64,000 nt of DNA from an uncultured Verrucomicrobiae bacterium. GTDB taxonomy: Bacteria > Verrucomicrobiota > Verrucomicrobiia > Chthoniobacterales > UBA10450. Positions 21,454 to 33,144 of the stretch are shown here, piece after piece. Position numbers and translations under genes: made by a program. The notes below the pieces were generated by a model. That model worked only from the letters and a program-made list of their open reading frames with translations, searched no databases and had not been told where the DNA came from. The stretch covers positions 1 through 64,000 of the forward strand of contig CAVYXA010000001.1 of assembly GCA_963772365.1 (NCBI GenBank), read 5' to 3'. Each line of letters starts with the position of its first letter. The first letter of the stretch is position 1.

Positions 21454-22900
21454 ATGGTCCAGGACCTGTTGGTCGGCGGACGGACCCGCGCCGCGCTCGA
21501 CGGTGGTGACTTCAGCGTGCGCGAGCCCGGCACCGGCGCCGAGCTCGCCACGGTCGCGCGGGCCGGCACCGCCGACGTCGACGCCGCGGTCGAGCACCGC
21601 GCTCGCGGCGTTCGAGTCGGGCGTCTGGTCCAGCGTGTCCGCGACCGATCGCGGCCGGGTGCTCGCTGCGGGTCGCGACGCTGCTCCGGGAGCGGGCCGA
21701 GACGTTCGCGGTCGCCGAGGCGCGCAACGCGGGGAAGCCGATCGGCGACGCCCGCTGGGAGGTCGAGGCCGCGGCCGGGACCTTCGAGTACTTCGCCGGC
21801 GCCGCGAACAAGCACTTCGGCGAGGTCGTGCCGGTGCCGGACGCCGGGACTCGACGTCGTGCTGCGCGAGCCGGTCGGCGTCTGCGCGCTGATCGTGCCG
21901 TGGAACTTCCCGCTGCTCATCACGTGGTGGAAGACCGCGCCCGCGCTCGCGTGCGGCAACCCGGTGATCATCAAGCCGGCGTCGCTCACGCCGGTGACCG
22001 CGCTGATGCTCGGCGAGCTGCTCGTCGAGGCCGGCGTGCCCGAGGGGTGCGTGTCGGTGCTGCCCGGTCCCGGCGGGGTCGTCGGCGACGCGCTGGTCGG
22101 CGACCCCCGGGTGAACAAGATCTCGTTCACCGGTGAGACCACGACCGGCGCGTCGATCCTGCGCGCGTCGTCCGACAACATCACCCGGGTGTCGCTCGAG
22201 CTCGGCGGGAAGTCGGCGTGCGTCGTGTTCGCCGACGGCGACTGGGAGACGCGCGGTCGACGACACCGCGATGGCCGTCTTCGGCAACGCGGGCCAGGAC
22301 TGCTGCGCCCGCAGCCGGATCGTGGTCGAGCAGTCGATCTACGACGACTTCGTCGCCGCGTTCGCCCGCCGGACCGAGCGGATCAAGGTCGGCGCGCCGC
22401 TCGACGAGGCGACCGAGATGGGCCCGATGATCTCCCCCGCGCAGCGCCAGGTGTCGCTCGACTACCTCGCGATCGGTGCCGACGAAGGCGCGGAGCGGGT
22501 GACCGGCGGCGAGATCCCGACCGGCGCCGCGTTCGGCGACGGCTCGTACCTCACGCCCGCGGTGCTGGCGGACGTCGACAACGAGATGCGCGTCGCCCGC
22601 GAGGAGATCTTCGGGCCGGTCGCCTCGATCATCCCGTTCCGCGACGAGGCCGACGCGATCCGCATCGCGAACGACGGCGACTACGGGCTCTCGGGCTCGC
22701 TCTGGACCCGGGACCTCGGCCGGGCGATCCGCGTCGGCAAGGCGATCCGCACCGGCGTGCTGTCGGTGAACTCGAACCGCAGCGTGCGCACCGAGGCCCC
22801 GTTCGGCGGCTACAAGCGCAGCGGGCTCGGCCGCGAGCTCGGCATGCACGCCATGGAGCACTACACCGAGGTCAAGAACCTCTTCCTCAGCTCCGAGTAA
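21454..22900 (+). CDS. Aldehyde dehydrogenase (AldC/Rv2858c-like); frameshifted
   Basis: IVPWNFP, IKPA, SFTGET, LELGGKS, NAGQDCCA, EEIFGP, PFGGYKRSGLGRE. Confidence 0.92.
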
Positions 22901-22911
22901 CCCCCGCCCCC

Positions 22912-22957
22912 TTTTGGCGTCAGGTGGACCCGGATCGGGTCCGAGGTGACGCCAAAA
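22912..22957. repeat. REP-like hairpin / bidirectional terminator between convergent genes
   Basis: TTTTGGCGTCA-GGT-GGACCCG-GAT-CGGGTCC-GAGG-TGACGCCAAAA. Confidence 0.75.
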
Positions 22958-22972
22958 CCTGGGGTGCGGGCG

Positions 22973-23439
22973 TCAGCTGCCGATGACGTTGGGGCGGGGG
23001 TGGCCTTCGGCCTCGCAGCAGCGCGAAGTAGGTGTCGCGGACGAGGCCGGCGTCGATGACCGTCTCGACGTTGCCGTCGGCGTCGAGGTTCAGGTTGGCG
23101 CCGTAGATCGCGAACCAGACGTCGGTCACGCCGTCGTTCTCGGCCGGGACCATCAGCGTGTGGATCGAGCCCGCCGGCTCGTAGAGGTACGACCCGGGCA
23201 GGTTGACCTCGGGGTACTCCAGCGTACTTCCAGCTCCCGGCGAGCGTGAACGCGAACACCTCGCCGGTGTGCTTGTGCGTCGGGACGATCACGCCGGGCT
23301 CGAACTTGGTCCGGATCACCCAGAGCCCGGCCTCGACGTCGACCTGGAGGAGCTGGAGGTGGGTGCCGTCGCCGAGGTCGACGAACGGCAGCTCACTCTC
23401 GCCACGGTGGAGCGCCTGGGGGATCTCGAGTGTCGTCAT
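22973..23439 (-). CDS. 2,4'-dihydroxyacetophenone dioxygenase family cupin; frameshifted
   Basis: LLQVDVEAGLWV, HKHTGEVFAFT, YLYEPAGSIHTL, GANLNLD. Confidence 0.85.
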
Positions 23440-23457
23440 GCACCTATGAAACCACGA

Positions 23458-24928
23458 TCATGCGTCCCGGGCCATGAGCGCACGGGCCTCGCGCGGGCGT
23501 GGCCGGACCGTAGGTGCGGTGCCCGCTCGCCGACGTGAGCCGCACCTGCGGCCAGCTCCTCCCGGGTGAACGTGCACTTCGTCGTGACCGGCTTCACGTC
23601 GTAGACCGGCAGCGCGTTGCGACCGAGGATCTTCGCCTTCAGGTCGTCGGTGAGCGCCGGGTAGCCGTAGCTGCTCCTGCAGCTCCGGCGCGATCTGGAA
23701 CGCCCGGAACGCCTGGATCTGGTCCTGCGGGGAGCCGTACCAGATCGAGTCGGTCCCCCACAGCACGTTGTCCTCACCGACGTACTTGAGCAGCTTGCCC
23801 AGGACGTGCGCCGCCTGATCGGGCGTCGGCATCAGCCGGTACCAGGTGGTGCCGAGCTCGGCGTAGACGTTCTGGTTCGGTCCGATGCCCGCCTGCAGCA
23901 TCGAGGTGATCAACCGGTTGACGCCCTTCATCGCGGTCGCCGGCCGGTACGGACCCTCGAACCGCCGATGTCGAAGCCCGAGTGGTACACGAGGAACGCG
24001 ACGTCCGGATGGCTGCCGCGCCGCGGGACCGATGTCGACCGGCGAGGCGTAGCTGCCCGCTCACCAGCCCCTTGTGCACGCAGATGCGCGGGATCCCGAG
24101 CTCGACGGCCTTGCGGATGAAGGCCTCGCCCACCTGCGCGGCCCGGCATCGTGGTCGTCGAGCGAACCAGGGCGGACCGCGGCTCGTGCGTGTACACCTT
24201 CCACGCGGCCAGCGGGTACGTCCGCGGCCAACTGCTCCATCGCGGCGAGCCACTCCGGCGAGCGGGAACGAGCGTCGGGTGCGCCTCGCCCTGCATGAGC
24301 AGCCGGTCGTCGTGGCACACCGCGTGCGAGATCCGGCGCGCCTTGTCGCGCACCTGGATCGACTCGGCGCTGTGCTCGGGCCGGATCGGCAGCGACGACA
24401 GCGATCGCCATCGACGTGTCGCTCTTGATGAAGATCTCCTCGAGGAAGTGGTCCACGGAGAAGCAGTCGTGCGGATCGGCCTCACCGCAGCGGGCCTGCG
24501 GGAAGTCCGCACCGAAGAACGCCGTCGTCCCGGCTCTGGGGGTCGAGCGAGTAGTCGAGCAGGTGGTTCTGGACGTCGAAGATGAGCTCGGAGCCGCCGA
24601 GCGCGTCGTTCGCGACCGTCGGGTCGGTCGTCGCGTCCTTCGGGATCTTGTAGGCGCCACCCGGACTTCGTCTTGCCCGATGCTCTTCGCGGCCTCGTCG
24701 TCTGCAGCCCTGCGAGCACGAGCAGCGTGGTCGGCGGCGCCGCACGCGGAGAGCAGGAAGCGCCGGCGGCTCATCCCGAGCCGGCGGGCGTTGTCCTCAC
24801 ACTCGATCCGGGCCCGCGCGGATCGTCTCGCGGACGACTCGGCGACAGCGGCGTCGGGTACGTACTCGTCGTTCGAGCAGGGCCCGAACTTGATCGGGAG
24901 ACCCGGGATCGTCCTCGTCCCAGCGCAC
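23458..24928 (-). CDS. Amidohydrolase with internal twin-arginine-like segment; frameshifted
   Basis: LPIKFGPCSNDEY..MSRRRFL, IFDVQNH, WKVYT, ICVHKG, YHSG, VLWGTDSIWYGSPQDQI. Confidence 0.8.
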
Positions 24929-24961
24929 CTGCGCTCGCCCCGTTCCCCGGTCGCGCCCAGC

Positions 24962-26660
24962 CTAGGAGCGCAGCAGCCGTCCGGCGAGCGCGCCGGTGTG
25001 CTCGCCGTCCTCCATGAACACCTGCGCCGTTGACGAGCGTCGTCGTGTAGCCCGTCGCCCGCTGGACGTAGCGGCCGGCGCCCTGCGGGAAGTCGTGCAC
25101 GTACTCGGGCTGCGGGAGCCGCATGCCCGTCGAGGTCGATGACGTTCACGTCGGCGAACGCGCCCGGCGCGCAGCACGCCGCGGTCGTCACGCCGAACAG
25201 GTCCGCGGTGTCGGAGGTGAGCCGGCGGATCGCCTCGCCGATGTCGGCCAGGCCCCGGTCGCGGATCCAGTAGGTGAGGAAGAACGTCGGCTGGCTCGAG
25301 TCCATGATCATCCCGACGTGCGCGCCGGCGTCGGCGAGGCCCAGCACCGAGTCGCGGGTGGCGCAGCATCGTCTCGACCGCGCCGAGGTCGTCGTTGAGG
25401 AACGGCCAGTTCACGAGGACGTTGCCGTCGCGCTCGTCGACCAGCTGGAGGAACGCCTCGGCCGGGCTCACGTCGCGACGCTTCGCCTCCGCGTCCGAGC
25501 GTGTCGTCGGGGCCGAGGTCGTAGCGGGCGTCGCCCTCGGGCAGCACGTACAGCTCGTCCATCGGGATCGTCGGCAGCGCCCTCGGCCGCGGCGATCGAG
25601 CTCGGCCCGGCGCTCCGGGTCGCGCATGATCGCGAGCTGTCTCGGCGAGCGGCAGGTCGCGCAGCGCCCGCCACGCCGGCGCGCCGTCGAACGGCGTGCG
25701 GCACGCCGGCCCGAAGAGGATGCCGATGCCCCGCGCGGTCGTCTGCGGGCGGAGGTCCGCGCCGAGCCCGTTCTGCTGCTCGACGGTCTCGAGCGCGTCG
25801 GTGTGGATCGCTCGGGACCTTCTTCGTCTGGCTCAGCCCGAACGTCGCCGGGCGGCCGGTGCGGCGGCTGATCTCGCCGAGCAGCGCGACCTCGGGCTGC
25901 GTGCGCCGCTCGCCGTCGCTGTCGCGCTCGCCGAGCGCGGCCGCGGCCTCGAACACGCCGCGCTGACGGTCGCCCATCACCTGCGCGATCGCGAGCAGCT
26001 CGTGCGGGTCGGCGTGCGTGCCGGGAACGACGCGGCCGTCGGGCACCCGGTGCAGCGCGGTGCGCGAGGTCGAGAACCCGAGCGCGCCCGCGTCGATCGC
26101 CTCGGCGACGAGCTCGCACATCGCCTCGACGTCGGCCTCGGAGCTTGCGGGCGTCTCGTCGATCGCCCGCTCGCCCATCGCGTGGATGCGCACCGCGCAG
26201 TGCCCGACCATGCCGCCGACGTTCATGCCCTTGGGCATGCGGTCGACCGCGTCGAGGTACTCGCCGTAGGACTCCCAGTCCCAGCCGAGGCCCTCCATGA
26301 TCGAGTCGGCGGGGATGTCCTCGACCGACTCCATCATCTCGGCGAGGTACTGCCGGTCCTCGGGCTTGCACGGCGCGAACGTCACGCCGCAGTTGCCGAG
26401 CACCACCGACGTGACGCCGTGCCAGCACGACGACGAGCCGATCGGGTCCCACGCGAGCTGCGCGTCGAGGTGGGTGTGGATGTCGACGAAGCCGGGGGTG
26501 ACGAGCTGGCCGTCGGCGTCGATCTCCCGCGTGCCCGCGCCCGTCGACCTCGCCGACGGCGGTGATGCGGTCGCCGTCGATCGCGACGTCCGCGTCGACC
26601 GGCTCGGCGCCGGTGCCGTCGACGACGCTGCCCGTTGCGGATGACGAGATCGTGAGCCAT
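24962..26660 (-). CDS. N-acyl-D-amino-acid deacylase family amidohydrolase; frameshifted
   Basis: DLVIRNG, PGFVDIHTHLDAQ, GNCGVTFAP, DAGAHVG. Confidence 0.88.
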
Positions 26661-26707
26661 TGCCGTTCCCCCTGGGTCAGGCGGTCACGGTAACCACGGT
26701 CCGATGG

Positions 26708-27609
26708 TCACGCGAAGGCGGCACCCAGGGCCCGCAGGAACGGCTCGACGTCGTCCCGGCTGCGCAGGAAGCGGCCGAGCGCGACCGAAACGGTCGTGAT
26801 GCCACGCGCCGCGAGGTCCGTCGACCGGCGCCGAGGGTCGCGTCGAGATCGACGCGCCCGTCGTCGTCGGTCCGCACCGCGAGGCCCTGCCGGACCCGAG
26901 CGTCTCCGGATCGCGGCCGGCGTCGCGCGAACGCGGTGCGCAGCTTGTCGATCGTCGCGGTGACCTCGTCGAGCGGGATCGCGAGCGGGAGCCAGCCGTC
27001 GCCCAGCTCGGCGACGCGGCGGACGGTGCGTCGTTCGCCGGGCCCGGAGAACCAGATCGGCACCCGCGACTGGACCGGGCGGGGCTCGCACCAGAGATCG
27101 GTGAACGAGACCGAGTCCGAGGTGAACGAGACCGGCGGCTCCTCCTCCCACAGCGCCCGGCAGGCCCGGACCAGCGTCCTCCATCCGTGCGGTGCGGCCC
27201 GACGAACGGAAGCCCGGGATCGGTGAACTCCTCGCGCTGCCAGCCGGTCCCGATCCCGAGGTCGACCCGGCCGCGCGAGAGGACGTCGAGGGTCGCGACC
27301 GTCTTGGCCACGAGCAGCGCCGGGCGCACCGGCCCGATGAGGACGCCGGTGCCGAGCCGGACCCGGGTCGTCGACCGCGGCGAACGCGGCCGAGGACGCG
27401 TCAGCGGCTCCGGCCACGGCTCCTCGGCGGGTACGGGAACTTCGGCGGCGAACGGGTAGCGGTCGGTGCGCGGGCCCGATCGCGAGGTGGTCGGTCATCA
27501 CGAGCTGGTCGATCCCGGCGTCGTCGGCGACGCGCGCGACGTCGACGAGCGCCGCGAGGTCGTCGCCGAAGAGCCGCGACAACCCCGAGATCGTCACCGA
27601 GATCTGCAT
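26708..27609 (-). CDS. LLM class F420-dependent oxidoreductase (Rv2161c-like); frameshifted
   Basis: MTDHLAI, VAKTVATLDVLSRGRVDLGIGTGWQREEF, LGDGWLP. Confidence 0.85.
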
Positions 27610-27707
27610 CGGTTCCGGCTCTCGCCCGCCCTCTAGGTTTCGCCCCTCGACGCGCGGTCAGGACACCTGCTCGGCCGGACCGCTCGGATCCTAGGGAGGA
27701 GCGGCAG

Positions 27708-28487
27708 ATGGGTCGGCTCGACGGGAAGGTCGCGCTCATCACCGGCGCGGGCAACGGCATGGGGCGCTGCGCCGCGGAGCTGTTCGCGGGCGAGGGCGCA
27801 CGGATCGTCGTCGCCGACTTCGACGAGGCGCTCGGCGCCGCAGCCGTCGCCGCGATCGCAGGGCGCCGGCGGTGAGGCCGCGTTCGTCAAGGTCGACGTG
27901 GCGGACAGCGACCAGGTCGAAGGCGATGGTCCGCTTCGCGATGGAGCGCTTCGGCGGGCTGCACGTGCTCTACAACAACGCCGGGATCTTCCCGGCCGAC
28001 GACGGCGGCGGTCACCGAGACGCCCGAGTCGACGTGGGACGCGGTGATGGACGTCAACCTCAAGGGCGTCTGGCTCGGCTGCAAGCACGGCATCCCGGCG
28101 ATGCTCGAGTCCGGCGGCGGCTCGATCATCAACGTCGCGTCGTTCGTCGCGATCGTCGGCGCGGCCACCGCGCAGATCGCGTACACGACGAGCAAGGGCG
28201 GCGGTGCTCTCGATGACCCGCGAGATCGCGGTCGAGTACGCCCGCCAGGGCATCCGGGCGAACGCGCTCTGCCCCGGCCCGATCGCCACGCCGCTGCTCG
28301 AAGAGCTGATGAGCGACCCGCCGCGGCGCCAGCGGCGGCTGGTGCACATCCCGATGGGTCGCCTCGGGCAGGCCGAGGAGCTGGCCAACGCCGCGCTGTT
28401 CCTCGCGTCCGACGAGTCGTCGTTCATGACCGGCGCGTCGCTCGTCGTCGACGGCGGCATCACCGCCGCCTACACACGCCCGAGTGA
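27708..28487 (+). CDS. SDR oxidoreductase (Rv2857c-like); frameshifted
   Basis: LITGAGNGMG, YNNAG, ATAQIAYTTSKG, RRLVHIPMGR; GGAGG RBS. Confidence 0.88.
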
Positions 28488-28537
28488 CGACGGACGGTCG
28501 GCGTGAGTCGGATGGGGCGAATCACCTGACGACCCCG

Positions 28538-29922
28538 ATGACGAGCGGCATGCTCGACCCGAGGACTCGAGAGCTGATCCGCAACGGCGAGCATCGACAC
28601 CGTGCTCGTCGTGTTCCCCGACCTGCAGGGCCGGCTCATGGGCAAGCGGGTCACCGGCCACTTCTTCCTCGACCACGTGCTCGGGCGAGGGGCATCGAGG
28701 CCTGCAACTACCTGCTCGCCGTCGACGTCGACATGACGCCGCTGCCCGGCTACCGAGTTCGCGAACTGGGAGCAGGGCTACGGCGACTTCCGCGTGCGTG
28801 CCCGACCTGTCGACGCTGCGTCTGGTGCCGTGGCTGGAGAAGACCGCGCTCGTGCTCTGCGACCTCGTCGACGAGGAGACGGGCGAGCCGGTCGAGGTGT
28901 CGCCCCGCCGCATCCTGCGCGCCAGATCGAGCGGGCCGCCGGCGCTCGGCTACCAGGTGAAGTCGCGCGTCCGAGCTGGAGTTCTTCCTCTTCAAGGAGA
29001 CCTACGAGGAGGCGCAGGCGAAGGCGGTTCCCGGACCTCACGCCGCACTCCGACTTGATCGAGGACTACCACATCCTCCAGACGACCCGCGACGAGTACC
29101 TCATCCGCCAGATCCGCAACGGCATGGACGACGGCGGGCGTGCCCGGTCGAGTTCTCGAAGGGCGAGGCCGGGCGGGGCCAGCACGAGATCAACCTCGCG
29201 CTACGCCGACGCGCTCGAGATGGCCGACCGCCACGCGATCTACAAGAACGGGGCCAAGGAGATCGCGGGCCTCAACGGCCGGTCGCTCACGTTCATGGCG
29301 AAGTACTCGATGGACGAGGTCGGCTCGTCGTGCCACATCCACTCGAGCGTGTGGGACACGCGACGGCACCGCAGTCGCTGATGTGGAGGACGGACGGGCC
29401 CGACCACATGTCGCCCGGTGTTCCGCGGCTGGCTCGGCGGCCTCGTCGCACTGCGCCCGCGAGCTCGCGTGGCTGTTCGCGCCGACCGTCAACTCGTACA
29501 AGCGCTACCAGCCCGAGTCGTGGGCGCCGACCGCGGTCGCCTGGGGTCGCGACAACCGCACGTGCGGGTTCCGGGTCGTCGGCCACGGCGCGGGCTTCCG
29601 CGTCGAGCGCCGCATCCCCGGCGCCGACGTGCAACCCGTACCTCGCGTTCGCCGGCGACGATCGCGGCCGGGCTCCACGGCATCGAGCACGAGCTCGACC
29701 CGCCGCCGATTCGAGGGCAACGCGTACGAGTGCGCCGACGTCCCGCACGTCCCGTCGACGCTCGTCGAGGCGATCGACCTGTTCGAGAGCAGCGAGGTCG
29801 CGGACGCGGCCTTCGGCGCCGACGTGCACCACCACCTCCTCAACACCGCCCGGCAGGAGTGGGCCGTGTTCAACCAGGTCGTCACCGACTGGGAGCTCCG
29901 CCGCAGCTTCGAGCAGCTCTGA
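28538..29922 (+). CDS. Glutamine synthetase-like gamma-glutamyl ligase (GlnA4 type); frameshifted
   Basis: PDLQGRLMGKR, EACNYLLAVDVDM, SELEF, GQHEIN, GSSCHIHSS, PTVNSYKRY, DNRTCGFR, VTDWELRR. Confidence 0.88.
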
Positions 29923-29943
29923 CCATGATGGATGGGCGGTCGC

Positions 29944-30472
29944 GTGGCTGATTTCTCCGAGCTCGAGACCGAGCGACTCCGCCTCCGCCAGTGGTGCGAC
30001 GACGACTTCGAGGCCTACGCGGCGCTGTGCGCGGATCCGGACGTCATGCGATTTCTGCACGGACCGATGACGCCGGCCGCCGCGGCGGACCAGATGGCCG
30101 CGTTCCGCCGGCACTGGGTCGACGAGGGGTTCGGCCTCTGGTGCGCGACCCTGAAACCCGCCGACGAGTGCATCGGGTTCATCGGCCTCGCCGATCGCCT
30201 CGATTCCTGCCCGAGGTGCTGCCGTGCGTCGAGATCGGTTGGCGGCTCGCCCGTCCCGCGTGGGGACGAGGACTGGCGACGGAGGGCGCCCGCGCGCAAC
30301 TGTCGACGTCGCGTTCGGCCCACTCGGGCTCGACCGGCTGGTCAGCATCACGGTGCCGGAGAACCGCAGCTCCCGGAACGTGATGCAGAAGCTCGGCATG
30401 ACGCTCGAACGCACGACCACGCACCCGAAGCACGGCATCGACGTCGTCGTGTACGAGATGGATGCGCCGTGA
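29944..30472 (+). CDS. GNAT N-acetyltransferase (RimJ/RimL type); frameshifted
   Basis: LETERLRLR, EIGWRL..WGRGLATE, NRSSRNVMQKLGM. Confidence 0.85.
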
Positions 30473-31137
30473 CGGAGCGGGTCACCGAGCCCGAGCTGAT
30501 GGTCGACGACGACCAGGTCCAGGCGTACGCCGACGCCGACTTCGCCGAGTCCCACCAGGCGGCGGTCACGCGGTTCGGTGAGGCATTCCGCGGCTTCGAG
30601 CCGCGCCGCATCCTCGATGTCGCGTGCGGTCCGGCCGACATCACGATCCGGTTCGCCCGCGCGTATCCGGCGCCGAGATCATCGGGCTCGAGGGCTCTCC
30701 CGCGATGCTCGCCCTCGGCGTCCAGCGCGTCGCAGCCGAAGGCGTTGACGCGGAGATCATGTTCACGCATCGGGTTCTGCCCGATGACGACCTCGGAGCG
30801 CTCGGTGCATTCGACGCGGTGGTGAGCACGAACTCGCTGCACCACTTCCACGATCCCGCCGCGTCTCTGGAGCTCGATGCGCACGGCTGCGGCGACCGAC
30901 GTGTGCCTGTTCGTCCAGGACCTGATGCGACCGCAGTCGCCCGACGCGGCCCGAGCCCTCGTCGATCGGTACGCACCCGGAGAACCCGACGTGCTGCGCC
31001 GCGACTTCTACAACTCGCTGCTCGCCGCGTTCACCCCCGACGAAGTGCGCGCCCAGCTCGCGGCCGCCGGCCTCGACGCGCTCGTCGTCGAACCCGTCAC
31101 CGACCGCCACATGACCATCGCCGGCCACGCCCCCTGA
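30469..31137 (+). CDS. Class I SAM-dependent methyltransferase; frameshifted
   Basis: RVTEPELM..AYADADF, ILDVACGPAD, NSLHHFHDP, DFYNSLLAAFT. Confidence 0.85.
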
Positions 31138-31144
31138 CGGGCCT

Positions 31145-31193
31145 CCTTTCGGCGTGACTTGCACCCCCTCCAAGGGGTGTAACTCACGCCGAA
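31145..31193. repeat. 49-bp REP-like palindromic repeat, copy 1
   Basis: CCTTTCGGCGTGACTTGCACCCCCTCCAAGGGGTGTAACTCACGCCGAA; long hairpin between convergent genes; 47/49 identical to 34106-34154. Confidence 0.9.
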
Positions 31194-31209
31194 TCGAGCG
31201 CCGACTCGC

Positions 31210-31512
31210 TCAGGCGGGCAAGGCGAGCTTGGCGCGGGCCCAGGCCCGCAGCCGTGACCACCTCGGGGGCACCACGGGAGCTGCCTCGGCGTGGAGACCC
31301 TGGCCATGAGCCAGTGCGGTGACCAGGACGTCAATGACCGCGGGAGCATCAGCGACTGGCAGCTGAAAGGTTGCGGTGCACACGTTCTCGTGCCAGATGC
31401 TGAGGACCACGAGCGAGTGCTCGGAGTGTTGCGTGACCTGGAGCTGGCGCGACGGACCCCTCTCGTCCAGGAGCCAGACGTGTGCTCGCGACGCCCTGCC
31501 GGGATCCGCCAT
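31210..31512 (-). CDS. Small hypothetical protein, actinobacterial-type
   Basis: WLLDERGPSRQLQVTQH..LVVLSIWHENVCTATFQLP. Confidence 0.6.
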   Translation of the reverse strand: MADPGRASRAHVWLLDERGPSRQLQVTQHSEHSLVVLSIWHENVCTATFQLPVADAPAVIDVLVTALAHGQGLHAEAAPVVPPRWSRLRAWARAKLALPA

Positions 31513-31606
31513 CTCGAGAGTTTGTCTCCGGCCCGCCACCTTGTCGACATCTCCGGCCACTCTCCTGACCACCCCGACTCGTCGTCGCTCAGCGGTGGGA
31601 GAACCT

Positions 31607-31960
31607 TCAGTCGCAGCTGCGTGGCGTCCAGCCCGCCGAGCTCGCCGTTCCTTCGGTCGCGATCGAGACGCAGTCACCGACGCTGAAAGGGGCGCCGGGC
31701 TCGCTTGGGGCGATCGCGGTGCAGAACCTCCCGCCATTGCCGGTGGCGCACACCATCTGGCTTGGAGCTATGCCGGGTTGGCGCATCGATACTGAGACAA
31801 CCTTCGCGTTGACTGAACCCGAGCCGGCTCCTCGCTCCGTTGCCAGCAGAACGACGACCGCAATCAGTGCACCGACAAGGAACGCCCCGATCGGCATCAC
31901 CACTCGGACCATCGATCGCCGCTCGGTCACGATCCCAGCGTAGGTGGCCGGGCCGGCCAC
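31607..31960 (-). CDS. Hypothetical membrane-anchored protein
   Basis: One N-terminal TM followed by a small domain with 4 Cys; start uncertain. Confidence 0.5.
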   Translation of the reverse strand: MAGPATYAGIVTERRSMVRVVMPIGAFLVGALIAVVVLLATERGAGSGSVNAKVVSVSMRQPGIAPSQMVCATGNGGRFCTAIAPSEPGAPFSVGDCVSIATEGTASSAGWTPRSCD

Positions 31961-32055
31961 TTCACTGGCCTCATTCTTGAACCGTGGCCTGACCGAGTGA
32001 CCCTCCGGCGCGGACGCGAGACAGCCATCTTCGCGGCCTCGTCCGGCGCGGAACC

Positions 32056-32628
32056 TCAGGGACCCTCGTCGACAGAATCTCCATTCCCACTTCCCGAAGT
32101 GACGTGGATCACGGCTTCCTCATTCGTGTCACGGTGCCCAGGCATGGCGCAGTAGATCGTGTAGTCCCTTCCGGCTTCGAGTCTTACCTCGGCGTGACTC
32201 GGAGACTCCTCCGTCGCGAAGAGCCTGACGTCCACGAGCGCCGGATCATCGAAAGCGAGAACGTGGGAGCCTCCTGCGCTCGTGAAATCGATCTCGTTCA
32301 AGCCGGGCGCTGTCGTGTACGTCTTCGCTTGGAACCTGAGCTCCGGCAACGCCTCGATGCTCAGGTGCGCCACGGGCACCTGAGCTTCCCGACTCGCAAT
32401 CGGAGCTCGTTCGTCTCCACGCAACGCGAAGACGAGACCAGCCAGGCCAACGAACACCACAACGAGTGCCGCGGCCGCGACAAGATGACGGGAACGCCTT
32501 GGGTGGTCGTCGACGTCCATGATCGTGGTGCTCGGATCGAAAGGCTCGACGATGTCGGACACCTCCATCGCCTTGACACGGAGCGTCTCGACAAGGAGTG
32601 GTTCGATCTCGGTCTCGGTCAGTTTCAT
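32056..32628 (-). CDS. Putative anti-sigma membrane protein with C-terminal cupredoxin domain
   Basis: 4-bp overlap with sigma stop; short cytoplasmic N-terminus, one TM, then LRF..GSHVL..YTIYCAMPGHRDTNEEAVIHV. Confidence 0.75.
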   Translation of the reverse strand: MKLTETEIEPLLVETLRVKAMEVSDIVEPFDPSTTIMDVDDHPRRSRHLVAAAALVVVFVGLAGLVFALRGDERAPIASREAQVPVAHLSIEALPELRFQAKTYTTAPGLNEIDFTSAGGSHVLAFDDPALVDVRLFATEESPSHAEVRLEAGRDYTIYCAMPGHRDTNEEAVIHVTSGSGNGDSVDEGP

Positions 32629-33109
32629 CGCGTGAGTTCCCTCCGAAGGTCAGCGAGTCCACGGTGGACGCGTGCCCCGCGGTTCCGATGCGACAGCCCA
32701 TGAGTTCGGCAATCTCTTCGTGACTCATGTCCTCGTAGTAGCGGAGGACGAGTGCAGCTCGACGGTTCGGCTTCAAGGTCGAGAGCACATCCCAGACGAG
32801 ATCGATCTCGGCGGTGCCGGTGCGGTCCCGCAGCTTGAGAGCGTCGAGCCCGGCCGCTTCGACGGCCGCGTGACGACGCCACGACAGGCAGAGACGCACG
32901 ACCGTCGTCCGCAAGAAGCCGCCCGGATTCGCGACGTCGTCGAAGTGTTGGAAGAGGCGCACAAAGGCCTCTTGGCTGATCTCTTCGGCGATCGTGTGCG
33001 ATCCGACGATGAGGAAGGCAGTGCGAACCACCCGTGTCCTCGACTCTGAATAGACGTCGTCGAAGGTCATGGGGGCCGCTTGGGAGTCGGTCGGAGTCAA
33101 CCCGGTCAC
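32625..33109 (-). CDS. ECF sigma-70 factor (SigE-like); one frameshift near the 3' end
   Basis: VRTAFLIVGS..AEEISQEAFVRL, RRAALVLRYYEDMSHEEIAELMGC..VHRGLADLR; start is GTG 33109 or ATG 33070. Confidence 0.88.
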
Positions 33110-33118
33110 GCACGTATT

Positions 33119-33144
33119 GACGCACAGGTCTCTCGGAACGTTCC
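33119..33144 (-). promoter_or_regulatory. Candidate ECF-type autoregulatory promoter
   Basis: Minus strand GGAAC-N17-CGTC ending about 10 nt before the sigma GTG. Confidence 0.55.

Noticed and set aside
28512..28540. CTGACG half-site before the GlnA4-like gene (similar half-sites near 6312 and 37552)
   Set aside because: No matching second arm; not distinguishable from chance
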